64,000 nucleotides of DNA from Pseudomonadota bacterium (GTDB lineage Bacteria > Pseudomonadota > Alphaproteobacteria > Sphingomonadales > CAKZYD01): NCBI GenBank assembly GCA_039814715.1, contig JBCCAR010000003.1, positions 99,393-163,392 of the forward strand, written 5' to 3'. Made by a program: the position numbers and the translations under genes. The notes beneath the pieces were generated by a model. It was not told where the DNA came from. It saw only the letters and a list, made by a program, of their open reading frames with translations, and did not search any database. Below are positions 43,750-52,297 of this stretch, in pieces (position 1 is the stretch's first letter; each line of letters starts with the position of its first letter).

Positions 43750-45420
43750 ATGGAAAAAGAAGTCAGAACGCAGGCTTTTCGAATGCTATTTGTCTTGCTG
43801 GTATTTGCCGGCTTGGCATTATGGCAGCTCGAATTTGTCGTGCGCTCTGTTGAAGCCAACGTCCATCTTAACTTAACCATTATCTTTACCTTTATTTTCG
43901 GAGCGCTTCTGGCGTTTCGCAGCGTTTGGAACCTTGGCAACGAGATGGTGGCGCTTAAGGCGCTCCAGGTCCAATATAAAGACCGCGGTACGCTGCCTGA
44001 GGGCTGTTACGATAGGCCAGCAACGGTTTTTCAGCCGCCGCAGCTTCTTGGCCACGCCTTCCGGATGATCAGTGATGAACTGACAAAGCCCAAACAGCTA
44101 ACATTGCCAGCCTCGACCGTGCAAATGCTGGTTGAAGGTGTGGACGTCCGCATCGATGATCGTAAATCAACCCTAACTTATATCGTTGGGCTGCTGGTTT
44201 TTCTTGGCCTGATCGGGACGTTCGTTGGTTTGATGCAGACCGTTGGATCCGTTGGCGATATTATTGGGTCGCTAAATTTTGGCGGTGATGGTGGACCAAG
44301 CATTGATGAAGCGTTTTCTGGCCTCATCGCTGATTTACAAGGCCCACTCGTGGGTATGGCGACAGGATTTTCATCATCCTTATTTGGATTGTTATGCTCT
44401 TTGGCTCTTGGCCTTATGGAGCGTTTTGGGACAGCCGCGCACCGCATTTTGCCGATTGAATTTGAGAGCTGGCTAACCAACATCTCGCAGCTGGAAAATG
44501 CATCTCCTGAAGGAGCTGCCCAAGGAGGCGATACCGCAGCGCTTCATAAAATAGCGCGTTTAGAAGCGCGGATGGCCAGCACCGCTCAAAGCGCGGAGAA
44601 GTCTGCCGAAGCGGTCTCTGAGCTCCTGGTTTCCATTCATGCGATTGCCGAAAATTTGTCTCGTGACCAATCACAGACAGGCTTGACAGCGCTGTCTGAT
44701 TTGGCGCGTGAAATGACACATACCCAGCGCGGCTTTATGGAGCAACTCAACCTGATACGTGAGCTCGGGGAAAGCGACCGTGAACACACCCGCGATATGA
44801 CATCGAACATTGCGCAAGGCTTTCATGCGCTGCGCGCAGACCGCGAAACACAAGATGAGATTATGACGGAGCTGCGGCTCGCAATCGAGAAAGTGTCCGC
44901 CTATCAGCCAGAAGCGGCACGGTTGCCGCTGGCTGAAGCGGCGCCTGAAGGGGCTGACGCGCAAGAAAGCAAAGGCTTGATTGCAGCAATGAAACGCAAG
45001 TCCGCAAGCCGGGCCATCGCCCGCCATGACAAGGCGCTGCGCCAAGAATATCATGCCATGGTGCGCGAAGTTCTCGACAAAGCCTTTCGGCGTGACGCGG
45101 AAATTGCCCAAGAGCTTGAAGCCATCAATGACGCCGCTGCGCGCCAGGATGGAGCGCTTGAGACGTTGGTTGAACACAACCGCGCGCTCCAAGCCCAGCA
45201 AAGGGCGCTGTCTGGTCAGGTGGAAGTTCTGGCCTCCATTTTGGCCAATGACCGCGGCGATGATACGGTTTTAGAGGAAATTCGCCGCAGCCGTGTGGGC
45301 ATGGAAATGGCGCTTCGCCAAATCACCTCACAACTATCAGAGGCGCGCGATGATGTGAACACGCAAACGATCTTAGGCACTTTGGTTGCTGAAGATGATC
45401 AAGAGCGAAAGGCGGGATAA
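43750..45420 (+). CDS. MotA/TolQ/ExbB-like proton-channel protein with ~320-aa C-terminal helical tail
   Basis: 556-aa ORF with two N-terminal TMs and a ~90-aa loop. The MotA/ExbB-type core spans aa ~141-226 (nt ~44170-44427): LTYIVGLLVFLGLIGTFVGLMQTVG...AFSGLIADLQGPLVGMATGFSSSLFGLLCSLALGLMERF. A long charged, heptad-like tail runs to the C-terminus. Confidence 0.65.
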   Translation: MEKEVRTQAFRMLFVLLVFAGLALWQLEFVVRSVEANVHLNLTIIFTFIFGALLAFRSVWNLGNEMVALKALQVQYKDRGTLPEGCYDRPATVFQPPQLLGHAFRMISDELTKPKQLTLPASTVQMLVEGVDVRIDDRKSTLTYIVGLLVFLGLIGTFVGLMQTVGSVGDIIGSLNFGGDGGPSIDEAFSGLIADLQGPLVGMATGFSSSLFGLLCSLALGLMERFGTAAHRILPIEFESWLTNISQLENASPEGAAQGGDTAALHKIARLEARMASTAQSAEKSAEAVSELLVSIHAIAENLSRDQSQTGLTALSDLAREMTHTQRGFMEQLNLIRELGESDREHTRDMTSNIAQGFHALRADRETQDEIMTELRLAIEKVSAYQPEAARLPLAEAAPEGADAQESKGLIAAMKRKSASRAIARHDKALRQEYHAMVREVLDKAFRRDAEIAQELEAINDAAARQDGALETLVEHNRALQAQQRALSGQVEVLASILANDRGDDTVLEEIRRSRVGMEMALRQITSQLSEARDDVNTQTILGTLVAEDDQERKAG

Positions 45421-45918
45421 ATGAAGTCGTTCCGCGCGTTTTTGTCTCTCAAGACCCATGTCAGAGCGTTCATCCGCTTTCGCTGGGCCTTTGAGCCGCT
45501 GCACCGGCTCTACAGAAAAATCAAATTAAAATTTGAGAACGCAGCAGATCTGCGGTCTTTAGATCGGTACAGATGCCAAATCGATGGCGCTATGATTTCC
45601 GAGCGTTTGGCGCAGATCAATGGCCGGGTTAAAGATGTATCGGCCGGTGGGTGTTTGTTCCGGCCTGCCAGTTTCTATCTTGTGGACCGTATCGGTGATC
45701 AAGTCTCCATCGAGCTGCCGGAAACGACTTTGAACGGTAAAGTCGTTCGCACGCTGCCAATAGGCTATGCTGTTCAGTTCGAAAAGATTCTTGAGGACGG
45801 TGTTCTCAAGTCTGTACTGGCGCAATCAGCTGTAGAAGCCACGGTGTTTAAACGCACACAGGAAGACGAGACGCGAGATACAAAGCGCAAGGCGAACGAA
45901 AAGAAAAAAGCCGCTTAA
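45421..45918 (+). CDS. PilZ domain protein (predicted c-di-GMP receptor)
   Basis: 165-aa ORF. It carries the canonical PilZ motifs RxxxR (R45-SLD-R49) and DxSxxG (D72-V-S-A-G-G77), 23 residues apart (nt 45553-45651). Its ATG immediately follows the TAA of the MotA-like gene (ggataaATG), with AAGGCGGG upstream, which indicates translational coupling. Confidence 0.8.
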   Translation: MKSFRAFLSLKTHVRAFIRFRWAFEPLHRLYRKIKLKFENAADLRSLDRYRCQIDGAMISERLAQINGRVKDVSAGGCLFRPASFYLVDRIGDQVSIELPETTLNGKVVRTLPIGYAVQFEKILEDGVLKSVLAQSAVEATVFKRTQEDETRDTKRKANEKKKAA

Positions 45919-47009
45919 TGCGCTAAGGGATAGTCATCAGCCCGCGATACTTCAGCGGCCCAAATCTTCAAGATTTTCCATAAACCTGGCAGAGAGTGTT
46001 GCCGGTTTTTGTTCGCTGCTCCGATTGAGAATGCGTGGCGCCACTGGGCAGCCAGCGTTTGATAAGCTTCTTTAACGCCCATGTCGCAGTCCCAAATATG
46101 GGTTGCTTCGGCGCCGACACCGTTGACTTCAACGATGGAAAAATCGCGGCCCTGCTTGAGCGCTTCGAGAGACTTAAAGCGGACATCAAAACGTGCAAAG
46201 TAAAGCTCATCAATATCTTTTGCGATGCCATCAAACACGTCTGTCAACTGGTCGCAAATATAGGCCTGACCATTTCTGAAAATTGAGCCGCGTGCGTGAC
46301 TTCCAGCGAAGTTAAGCGGAAAAACTTGATCTTTTTTGAGCACGTTATTGAGCACTGCGGCATGACGTTCTTTGTAAACGCCTTCCATGCGGCGGCAGCG
46401 CGGGCAATCATCTATGAGCTCTTCGATGGTCTTTTGGCCGTCGCCGATAATGGTGGCTGTATATTTCAGCGTGAGTGAGAAGATTTTACCGCGTTCTTCA
46501 GTGGGGTGCCGGATATAAAACACGCCAACTTCCCCAGCGTGCTCGACCTTTTTTTGCAGCATGATGTTTTGGCCAACGGGAAAATCATTCACATAAGCGC
46601 GTAGTTCATCTTCGCAATTGATTGGGCGCACCCCAGCGCCGCGAAGGCCGGAATCTGGTTTTGCAACAATGGGGAAACCAAGATCGTTGGCCTTTAAGGC
46701 TTCGAGGCACGCTTGGAAGGTCTGGGCGCGCTCCTCCTGTGCCAAGACCGTGGTGTTTGGCGCAATGAACTGGGCTGCATATGGTCCGGCTAGGTCGAAC
46801 ACATCAGACTTTCGCTCTCCCACGGCGCCGCCTGCAAAAATCGATGGATTGGCGAGTGCTGGTAAGGTGATCGAGCGGTGCCGTGCCATCAAAGTGATCG
46901 CGTAAAGCAAAACGGGCACATAAAATAATGCAGGATGCAAGAATTCAAATGGCGATACGCATCCTGGTCCAGGATTGAGCGGAGGCATCCCCTCATTAGG
47001 AGGCGGCAT
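45915..47009 (-). CDS. ATP-grasp domain protein (carboxylate-amine ligase-like) with N-terminal TM segment
   Basis: It has an N-terminal hydrophobic helix (FLHPALFYVPVLLYAITLM). ATP-grasp-like elements follow (FPIVAKPDSGLRGAGVRPI...IMLQKKVEHAGEVGVFYIRHP...FSIVEVNGVGAEATHIWD). The start is taken at the ATG at 47009, which has GAGGAG 10 nt upstream. The track ORF opens at 47072 and would overlap the DedA gene by 77 nt. Confidence 0.6.
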   Translation of the reverse strand: MPPPNEGMPPLNPGPGCVSPFEFLHPALFYVPVLLYAITLMARHRSITLPALANPSIFAGGAVGERKSDVFDLAGPYAAQFIAPNTTVLAQEERAQTFQACLEALKANDLGFPIVAKPDSGLRGAGVRPINCEDELRAYVNDFPVGQNIMLQKKVEHAGEVGVFYIRHPTEERGKIFSLTLKYTATIIGDGQKTIEELIDDCPRCRRMEGVYKERHAAVLNNVLKKDQVFPLNFAGSHARGSIFRNGQAYICDQLTDVFDGIAKDIDELYFARFDVRFKSLEALKQGRDFSIVEVNGVGAEATHIWDCDMGVKEAYQTLAAQWRHAFSIGAANKNRQHSLPGLWKILKIWAAEVSRADDYPLAH

Positions 47010-47613
47010 GGCTTTGGCGCTCCTCTGACGACTGCGCGCGCGCTTTACCCTTTTTGGCAAGGCTCCGCTCAATTAAAAATACAGCAGCGAGCGCCAAGCC
47101 AATCGCAGCATATTTCCAAGGCCCTAAATCCGCCAAGACGCTTTGACCAAGAAAGAACACGGCAGAATAAACACTGACCGTCCAGACGCCGACAGCAAAC
47201 AAAACGGCTTGGAGAAACTTCCAAAAGGATGCGCCGACGTACCCCAAGGATGTGTATGTTGGCAGCCGCATGCCGGGCACGAAGCGTGTTGTGAAGACCA
47301 ACGAAAACGGTCTGTTGGTCCCGATGCGGCGAATGCGTTGGGCGGCGCGCGTATCGACATATTTCCGCAGCATCGGCAAGCGTGCGGCGCCATAACCGAT
47401 GCCGAAAAGGCCAAGATCACCTAGCACAATGCCAACAAGCAAGGCGATTAAACCAGCTGATGGGGCCATCATGTCGGTCGAAGCCAAAAGGGCTGTGGCA
47501 ACAATAGCTACATCCTCTAGAATAAACGTCGCGACAACAACCGCGAGAAATCCCGCTGACGGCGGGAGGCTGCCGATAGCGGACAGCAGGGTGTTGATTG
47601 CTTCTTCTAGCAC
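46996..47613 (-). CDS. DedA/VTT-domain membrane protein
   Basis: 205-aa polytopic protein with DedA-type features (FILEDVAIVATALLA; TTRFVPGMRLPTYTSLGY, i.e. the RF(V/I)PGxR motif). Confidence 0.75.
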   Translation of the reverse strand: MLEEAINTLLSAIGSLPPSAGFLAVVVATFILEDVAIVATALLASTDMMAPSAGLIALLVGIVLGDLGLFGIGYGAARLPMLRKYVDTRAAQRIRRIGTNRPFSLVFTTRFVPGMRLPTYTSLGYVGASFWKFLQAVLFAVGVWTVSVYSAVFFLGQSVLADLGPWKYAAIGLALAAVFLIERSLAKKGKARAQSSEERQSHAAS

Positions 47614-48464
47614 GCTGCGGCCGGTGTATTTATGCTGCGCTCAATGAGCGCCCATAAGCGGTCGATCTCATTCCATGGCAGAAAATGATTCTGACCTTCG
47701 ATCATTTCGATGCTGCAAAGCGCGCTTGGCTGATACTGACGCTTCATAAAGGCTACATTCTCCGCTGGAACCAATTCATCTTCACTGCCGTGCAGAACAT
47801 ATGTTGCAACGGCGGTATCGTTGATTTGGGTTTGGAGATCAACGAGCTCTTGCTCAAGCGTGATCAATTCTGCGTTAGCATTGCGCAATGTTGAGCCAAT
47901 GAGGAACTTGATTGGCTGGTAAGTCGCAAGGCGTTGTGCCCAATGAATTTTCTCTAAAGACGGGTCAAGCGCTGCTGCAACGAGAATAATGGCTGTGATT
48001 TCTTCAGGGTATTGTACTGCAACCTTAGCAGCGATAGGCCCGCCATAAGAATGACCGACAAGGATGGTCGGTGTGTTTTGCCCCTGGACAACCGCCCGCT
48101 TTAGAAGTGCGACTGTTTCAGCATGCTCTTTTAAGCTGGTGACCGCGCCTTTGGGCCGGCTGGAGCCGAATCCCAATCTGTCATAAGCAACACTGGTGAT
48201 GTTTGCTGGGGTCTTGGCCATTGTATCAAGCCATGTATCAGCAGAGCCTGGTGTTCCATGAATAAAAATCACGAAAGCTTTGGGGTTCTGCCTTTCCGCG
48301 CTCATAAGGGTCCGAATTTGATGCGTATTTGGCAGCGTGATTATTTTTTCAGTCACCCCTGCAGTCCCATAGCTTTGGCTGGTGCCTGGCGGCCCGCAAC
48401 CCATAGTGCAAAACGATAAGAACAAGCCTGAAATGAACAATAATCGGCCGATTTTCGATGTCAC
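47607..48464 (-). CDS. Alpha/beta-hydrolase, probable lipoprotein
   Basis: 285-aa ORF. The signal and Cys context (LLFISGLFLSFCTMGCGPP) suggests a lipoprotein. It has an HG oxyanion motif (VIFIHGTPGS) and a nucleophile elbow GHSYG. It overlaps the DedA gene start by 7 nt, which suggests an operon. Confidence 0.75.
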   Translation of the reverse strand: MTSKIGRLLFISGLFLSFCTMGCGPPGTSQSYGTAGVTEKIITLPNTHQIRTLMSAERQNPKAFVIFIHGTPGSADTWLDTMAKTPANITSVAYDRLGFGSSRPKGAVTSLKEHAETVALLKRAVVQGQNTPTILVGHSYGGPIAAKVAVQYPEEITAIILVAAALDPSLEKIHWAQRLATYQPIKFLIGSTLRNANAELITLEQELVDLQTQINDTAVATYVLHGSEDELVPAENVAFMKRQYQPSALCSIEMIEGQNHFLPWNEIDRLWALIERSINTPAAAC

Positions 48465-48622
48465 GATGCTTGCTTCCTTCGCGCTGAAACTGAGGTGGCG
48501 GCTGATTGGAGCTGTTGTTTGGTACCTGTCTTACAAGGCTGCTCTCACGATGAGCTGACGTTGCCACGCTAGCAGTATTTGGCTTTTAGCGTAATTTAAG
48601 GAAATGTCTCTAGTTTGATCGC

Positions 48623-49504
48623 GTGCGTGCATTACAGCGGGTCTACCCACCTATGAGTTATCATGATGTTGAAAGCGCCATTTTTGAAGCCAGCGGCGCT
48701 GAAAGTACCCTAAATAGCGTGAATCACGCTCGTAACCTTGGGCAATCCATTGCTGAAGGAACAGCGACGGGCGCGGACGGGGATGCCCTCGCGCTTTTAC
48801 AAAGTGATATTGCAGAGATACGCCAGAGCCTGGCCTTTGAATTACGCTTGACGTCAAAATTGCCTGAAACATTGGCGAAGACCATTGCAACATCTGAAGA
48901 TCCAGATGTGGCTGGGCCATTCCTTGAATCATCGCCTGTCGTGACCGAGGCGTTCATTCTAGACATTATTTCAGACCTGGGAACAGCCGGTCAGTCTGCG
49001 GTTGCAAAGCGGCCTGATGTTTCCGATGCGGTTGCAGAAGCGCTTGTGGATTGCGGCAATGAAAAAGCGCTTTTGACGCTTGCACGCAATGACAAGGCTG
49101 AGATCGCTGCAGCAATTTTGACGAGTATAGCAGCTAAATTTCCAAACAACGCGCGCCTGTGTAGAACCGTTCAAAAGGCGTGCGAGCATGTTAAAAGACT
49201 GCCAGAAGAAGCGCAGAGTGTTGAACGTCAATTACCCTTCAATGTGCTTGTATCTCGCGCTCGCGCTTTCCAGAAAAATGGTATGCTAACGGCTGCGTAC
49301 ATTGAGGGATGTTTCTTGGATGCGAAACTGGATGAGGCCGAAGCCGCGCTTTGTGTCTTATCAGACATCCAGCGCAAAGACGTTCGCGCCGCGCTACTAA
49401 AATCTGATGATACACGCCGTGCCTTAGAGCAAAAATGCGCCCTGGCGCCAGGCACATTAAACGGTAACGTATCGGCGATACTCGCCGTCTACACGCGGCC
49501 TTAG
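48623..49504 (+). CDS. Hypothetical helical-repeat protein, DUF2336-like
   Basis: 293-aa ORF (GVG start; an alternative ATG lies at 48653). It looks all-alpha and HEAT-like (ALVDCGNEKALLTLARNDKAEIAAAILTSIAAKF). The resemblance to alphaproteobacterial DUF2336 is from memory only. Confidence 0.35.
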   Translation: MRALQRVYPPMSYHDVESAIFEASGAESTLNSVNHARNLGQSIAEGTATGADGDALALLQSDIAEIRQSLAFELRLTSKLPETLAKTIATSEDPDVAGPFLESSPVVTEAFILDIISDLGTAGQSAVAKRPDVSDAVAEALVDCGNEKALLTLARNDKAEIAAAILTSIAAKFPNNARLCRTVQKACEHVKRLPEEAQSVERQLPFNVLVSRARAFQKNGMLTAAYIEGCFLDAKLDEAEAALCVLSDIQRKDVRAALLKSDDTRRALEQKCALAPGTLNGNVSAILAVYTRP

Positions 49505-49772
49505 AGTCAGCATTACAGGTTCAACATGCGCGCAGGTACAGGATGTTTATACGCGGTGCCTACTGCTTCGGTTGACCTTTTTTTAGGTCTGACCAATTAG
49601 CGCCTGAGCTGACCTAAAAGAAGCTGATGCTTTGCCAATGGCGCCCCCAGTTGTCAGATGCCGTATGCTACACGGCTGTTGACACTGGCTTCGAAATTTC
49701 AATGATGTGCAGGCCAAGACGAAAAATAACGACAACAGAACGTGGCGCAGGCGGACATCAAAGCACTTTTCT

Positions 49773-50498
49773 ATGATGGTTTTTTCCAGACTATTGCGAA
49801 TATTTTGCCTTGGTGTTGCGGCGCTGTGTTGCTTGGGCGCCGGACCTGCTGAAAATGCGCCTAGCGATCCTGCTCGATTACAACCGGATCAGAAGCTGCA
49901 TTATAAAATATTTCGTAAAGGCAAGCTCATCGGCGATCATTATGTGGCGCTGCGTGTAAGTGAGGTTCAGGCTCACATCGATATTGAGTTTGCCATTCGC
50001 GTCAAATTCTTAGGTATTACAGCCTTTAAAATGGACCACAAAGCCAGTGAACGATGGGCTTTAAAGCCGCGTACCTTGGAAGCGCTTACCGCAGTGACAG
50101 ACCGCTCGACAGGAACGTTTAAAGTCACTGTCGATGCAGCAGAAAGTGGCTATGAAGTCCTCGTCAACGGCGCTGAAAGCCAAGCGCCAGAACAAGTTGT
50201 TCCAACAAGTTTTACACTTGCAAGCCACTTGTTTGATGAGGCGGATAAAGATGTTGTGTTACTCGACACTTTGTCCGGCGTATTGAGGCCATCACGTATC
50301 CATTACCGCAAAAAAGAAGCCAGCCCGATGTTTGATGGCGCCGTTGGAGCGGTCCGCTATTATGAAATAAAGCGCATGGATACGGGAGACGTTACACATC
50401 GTATTTGGTTTGATGAAACAGAGGCATTCTTCCAAGTCGGCCTCAAAACTAAAGACGGTCATTACGTAGAGTATCGCCGCCAATCCGTTCCGACTTAG
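49773..50498 (+). CDS. Secreted hypothetical protein (DUF3108/DUF6134-like beta-rich)
   Basis: The internal Met gives the signal peptide MMVFSRLLRIFCLGVAALCCLGAGPA. The mature part is beta-strand-rich (KLHYKIFRKGKLIGDHYVALRV...IDIEFAIRVKFLGITAFKMDH). The family assignment is tentative. Confidence 0.45.
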   Translation: MMVFSRLLRIFCLGVAALCCLGAGPAENAPSDPARLQPDQKLHYKIFRKGKLIGDHYVALRVSEVQAHIDIEFAIRVKFLGITAFKMDHKASERWALKPRTLEALTAVTDRSTGTFKVTVDAAESGYEVLVNGAESQAPEQVVPTSFTLASHLFDEADKDVVLLDTLSGVLRPSRIHYRKKEASPMFDGAVGAVRYYEIKRMDTGDVTHRIWFDETEAFFQVGLKTKDGHYVEYRRQSVPT

Positions 50499-50526
50499 CT
50501 GCCTGTTCGCTAAAGATCAGGCAGCT
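50497..50526. terminator. Perfect 9-bp inverted repeat bridging two convergent stop codons
   Basis: AGCTGCCTG-12 nt-CAGGCAGCT. The left arm overlaps the TAG of the 49773-50498 gene, and the loop contains the stop of the 50510-52081 gene. No flanking U-tract is present. It may act as a bidirectional terminator or an RNA-stability hairpin. Confidence 0.3.
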
Positions 50527-52081
50527 CATCCGGATCAAGTCCTTTTTTTAAGTCATCGAGCTTGCTGGACATCTCTTTGGTTGCTTTCTTGGCGCCTTTA
50601 GGGCCGTTTTTCGCGCCAGACGGCTTGCCTTTCAGCACTTCGCGTAGCTGCGCAAGCTGCTGCTCGCCGGTGTTGCCTTCTTTGCCGCCGCTACCCAAAC
50701 CATGCAAGGGAGGTGGGTCGTTGCTGAAGTCTTCATCGCCAACTAGCCTGAGATAGTCTTCGCGCTGCCCGGCTGGCGCCGCCGGGCGCTGGGCGGCGAG
50801 ATGTTCGATGGCGCGCACGAGGCCGCTCATTTCTTGCTGTGTCTGTTTTAAAGCCTGCGCTGTATCTGTCAGTCCACCGCCATAGCTTTCATTCAGTTTC
50901 GCAAGCGCTTCTTTCAGGGTGTCAGCGCTTCCCTGGCTGGCACTTTTCAGTGTATTGGACGCCGCCTCCATGCTCTCTGAAATCGCTTGGTTTAGGCCCG
51001 CCCGCGTCTTGGTTTCATCTTTGAAATATGTGTTCAAAGCCGCGGCGATAGACTTGTCGATGGCTGTGGATTGGCCGCGGGCATACTTTGCAAGTGCGTC
51101 ATGGGCGGCCTCGACTGCCACAGTTGATTTTGTGACCTGCTTTTCTGTTTCTTCGAGTAGTTTGCTGGTTGATTTAATCTGTTTTGTGAACTCGCCCGTT
51201 AGACCCTCTTTGAAGCTCTCTAAGGCCTGCGCCATGGTCTTGGAGAGTTGTTCGCTTCTATCTTCAGCAATAAGCGCCTGTGCATCTGAGAGCGACTTAA
51301 GGGGCTTTTGCAGGGATTCGATCGCTGATTGACCGACATAAAACAGCCCATCCAGCATCACAGTAAACCGGGCTAACTGGCTGCGGCGTAGGTCTACAAC
51401 AAAGCCTGTGAAAAGGCGCGCTAACAAGCCTGCAATGGCCATAATGGCTAGCGCAAATAAGCCCGATTGCAATGCCGGTAGGAGGCCGTTGACGGGGGTG
51501 CGCAAAGAGAGCTGGCTCTGGAACACGACATCATCAACGCCAATCACGAGTGATAAGAGGAACAACGTAAAACCTGCGCCCAAGGCAAAGGTGAGAATAT
51601 TGTCGAATAGCCAAAGATTGAGCCGGCTGCGAACCTGTGATTGTTCATCAAATATCGTTCGAGCAGGCAGCTTGGCGCGCAGTGGCTCCTTCTCAATAGA
51701 TGTGCGGTGCTCAGCATATAAGGCGGACGGCTCTGCATAGTCCCCTGCATCAGCCGATAGCTTTAAAAAGTCTAGGCAGCTCATGGCAGTGTCAGCATTG
51801 CCTTTGCCCGCTCGTTTAGCGATTTGCTGGTGAAAGCGGCGCATTGTTAGGGCGTCGTTCAGAACCTGGCCGCCCAGACTAAGCAGCGTGAAGAACAGCG
51901 TAAAGAGGCCAATCGTAATCGCGCTGCGCACGATACTCGCTCGGCTAAGCAGATCATAAATCCCGTGTGATACACCATCAGCAGAAAATTCGCTGACCAC
52001 AAAGGGGATCAAGGATTTGCCGATAACGGCCAATAGCCCGGCAACGATCAAGCAGCCAATAAACCAAATTACGCGAAACAT
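50510..52081 (-). CDS. Polytopic membrane protein (2 TM + loop + 2 TM) with long C-terminal helical/charged tail
   Basis: 523-aa ORF. The TMs are VIWFIGCLIVAGLLAVIG, AITIGLFTLFFTLLSLGG, ILTFALGAGFTLFLLSLVIGV and GLFALAIMAIAGLLARLFTGFVV. About 290 aa of Ala/Lys/Glu/Gln-rich helical sequence follow. I recognise no family. The topology mirrors the MotA-like protein at 43750. Confidence 0.5.
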   Translation of the reverse strand: MFRVIWFIGCLIVAGLLAVIGKSLIPFVVSEFSADGVSHGIYDLLSRASIVRSAITIGLFTLFFTLLSLGGQVLNDALTMRRFHQQIAKRAGKGNADTAMSCLDFLKLSADAGDYAEPSALYAEHRTSIEKEPLRAKLPARTIFDEQSQVRSRLNLWLFDNILTFALGAGFTLFLLSLVIGVDDVVFQSQLSLRTPVNGLLPALQSGLFALAIMAIAGLLARLFTGFVVDLRRSQLARFTVMLDGLFYVGQSAIESLQKPLKSLSDAQALIAEDRSEQLSKTMAQALESFKEGLTGEFTKQIKSTSKLLEETEKQVTKSTVAVEAAHDALAKYARGQSTAIDKSIAAALNTYFKDETKTRAGLNQAISESMEAASNTLKSASQGSADTLKEALAKLNESYGGGLTDTAQALKQTQQEMSGLVRAIEHLAAQRPAAPAGQREDYLRLVGDEDFSNDPPPLHGLGSGGKEGNTGEQQLAQLREVLKGKPSGAKNGPKGAKKATKEMSSKLDDLKKGLDPDELPDL

Positions 52082-52297
52082 GATGTCGCTTCACCTTTTG
52101 TTGGCACCGTACGCGTGTCAATGTGAACCCAGAGTGTTTATTTGCCCGCGTTAGCGGTGAAGGACAATGGGTTAGCAGCGTCTAGGCTGCTCGCACGTTT
52201 GGGATTTCCTAACAAACAATGCTTAACAGTGGCAAGGATTGCCTCACTTATCGTAATAAAGGTGCTGTGATAACCGCCGTAACAAAAGCGCAGGGAA

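Noticed and set aside
42804-45420. Whether the MotB-like protein and the long-tailed MotA-like protein could be a Zorya (ZorAB) anti-phage system.
   Set aside because: No ZorC, ZorD or ZorE-like genes (helicase, nuclease or HNH) are adjacent. The gene order is B-like then A-like. The pair is embedded in a T1SS operon with a PilZ gene. A SiiAB-like accessory role fits the context better, although the tail resemblance to ZorA is worth keeping in mind.
52102-52116. TGGCAC (a sigma-54 -24-like hexamer) upstream of the first glycosyltransferase gene.
   Set aside because: The sequence at the -12 position is GCGT rather than TTGC, and no GC sits at the required spacing, so it is not a credible RpoN promoter.
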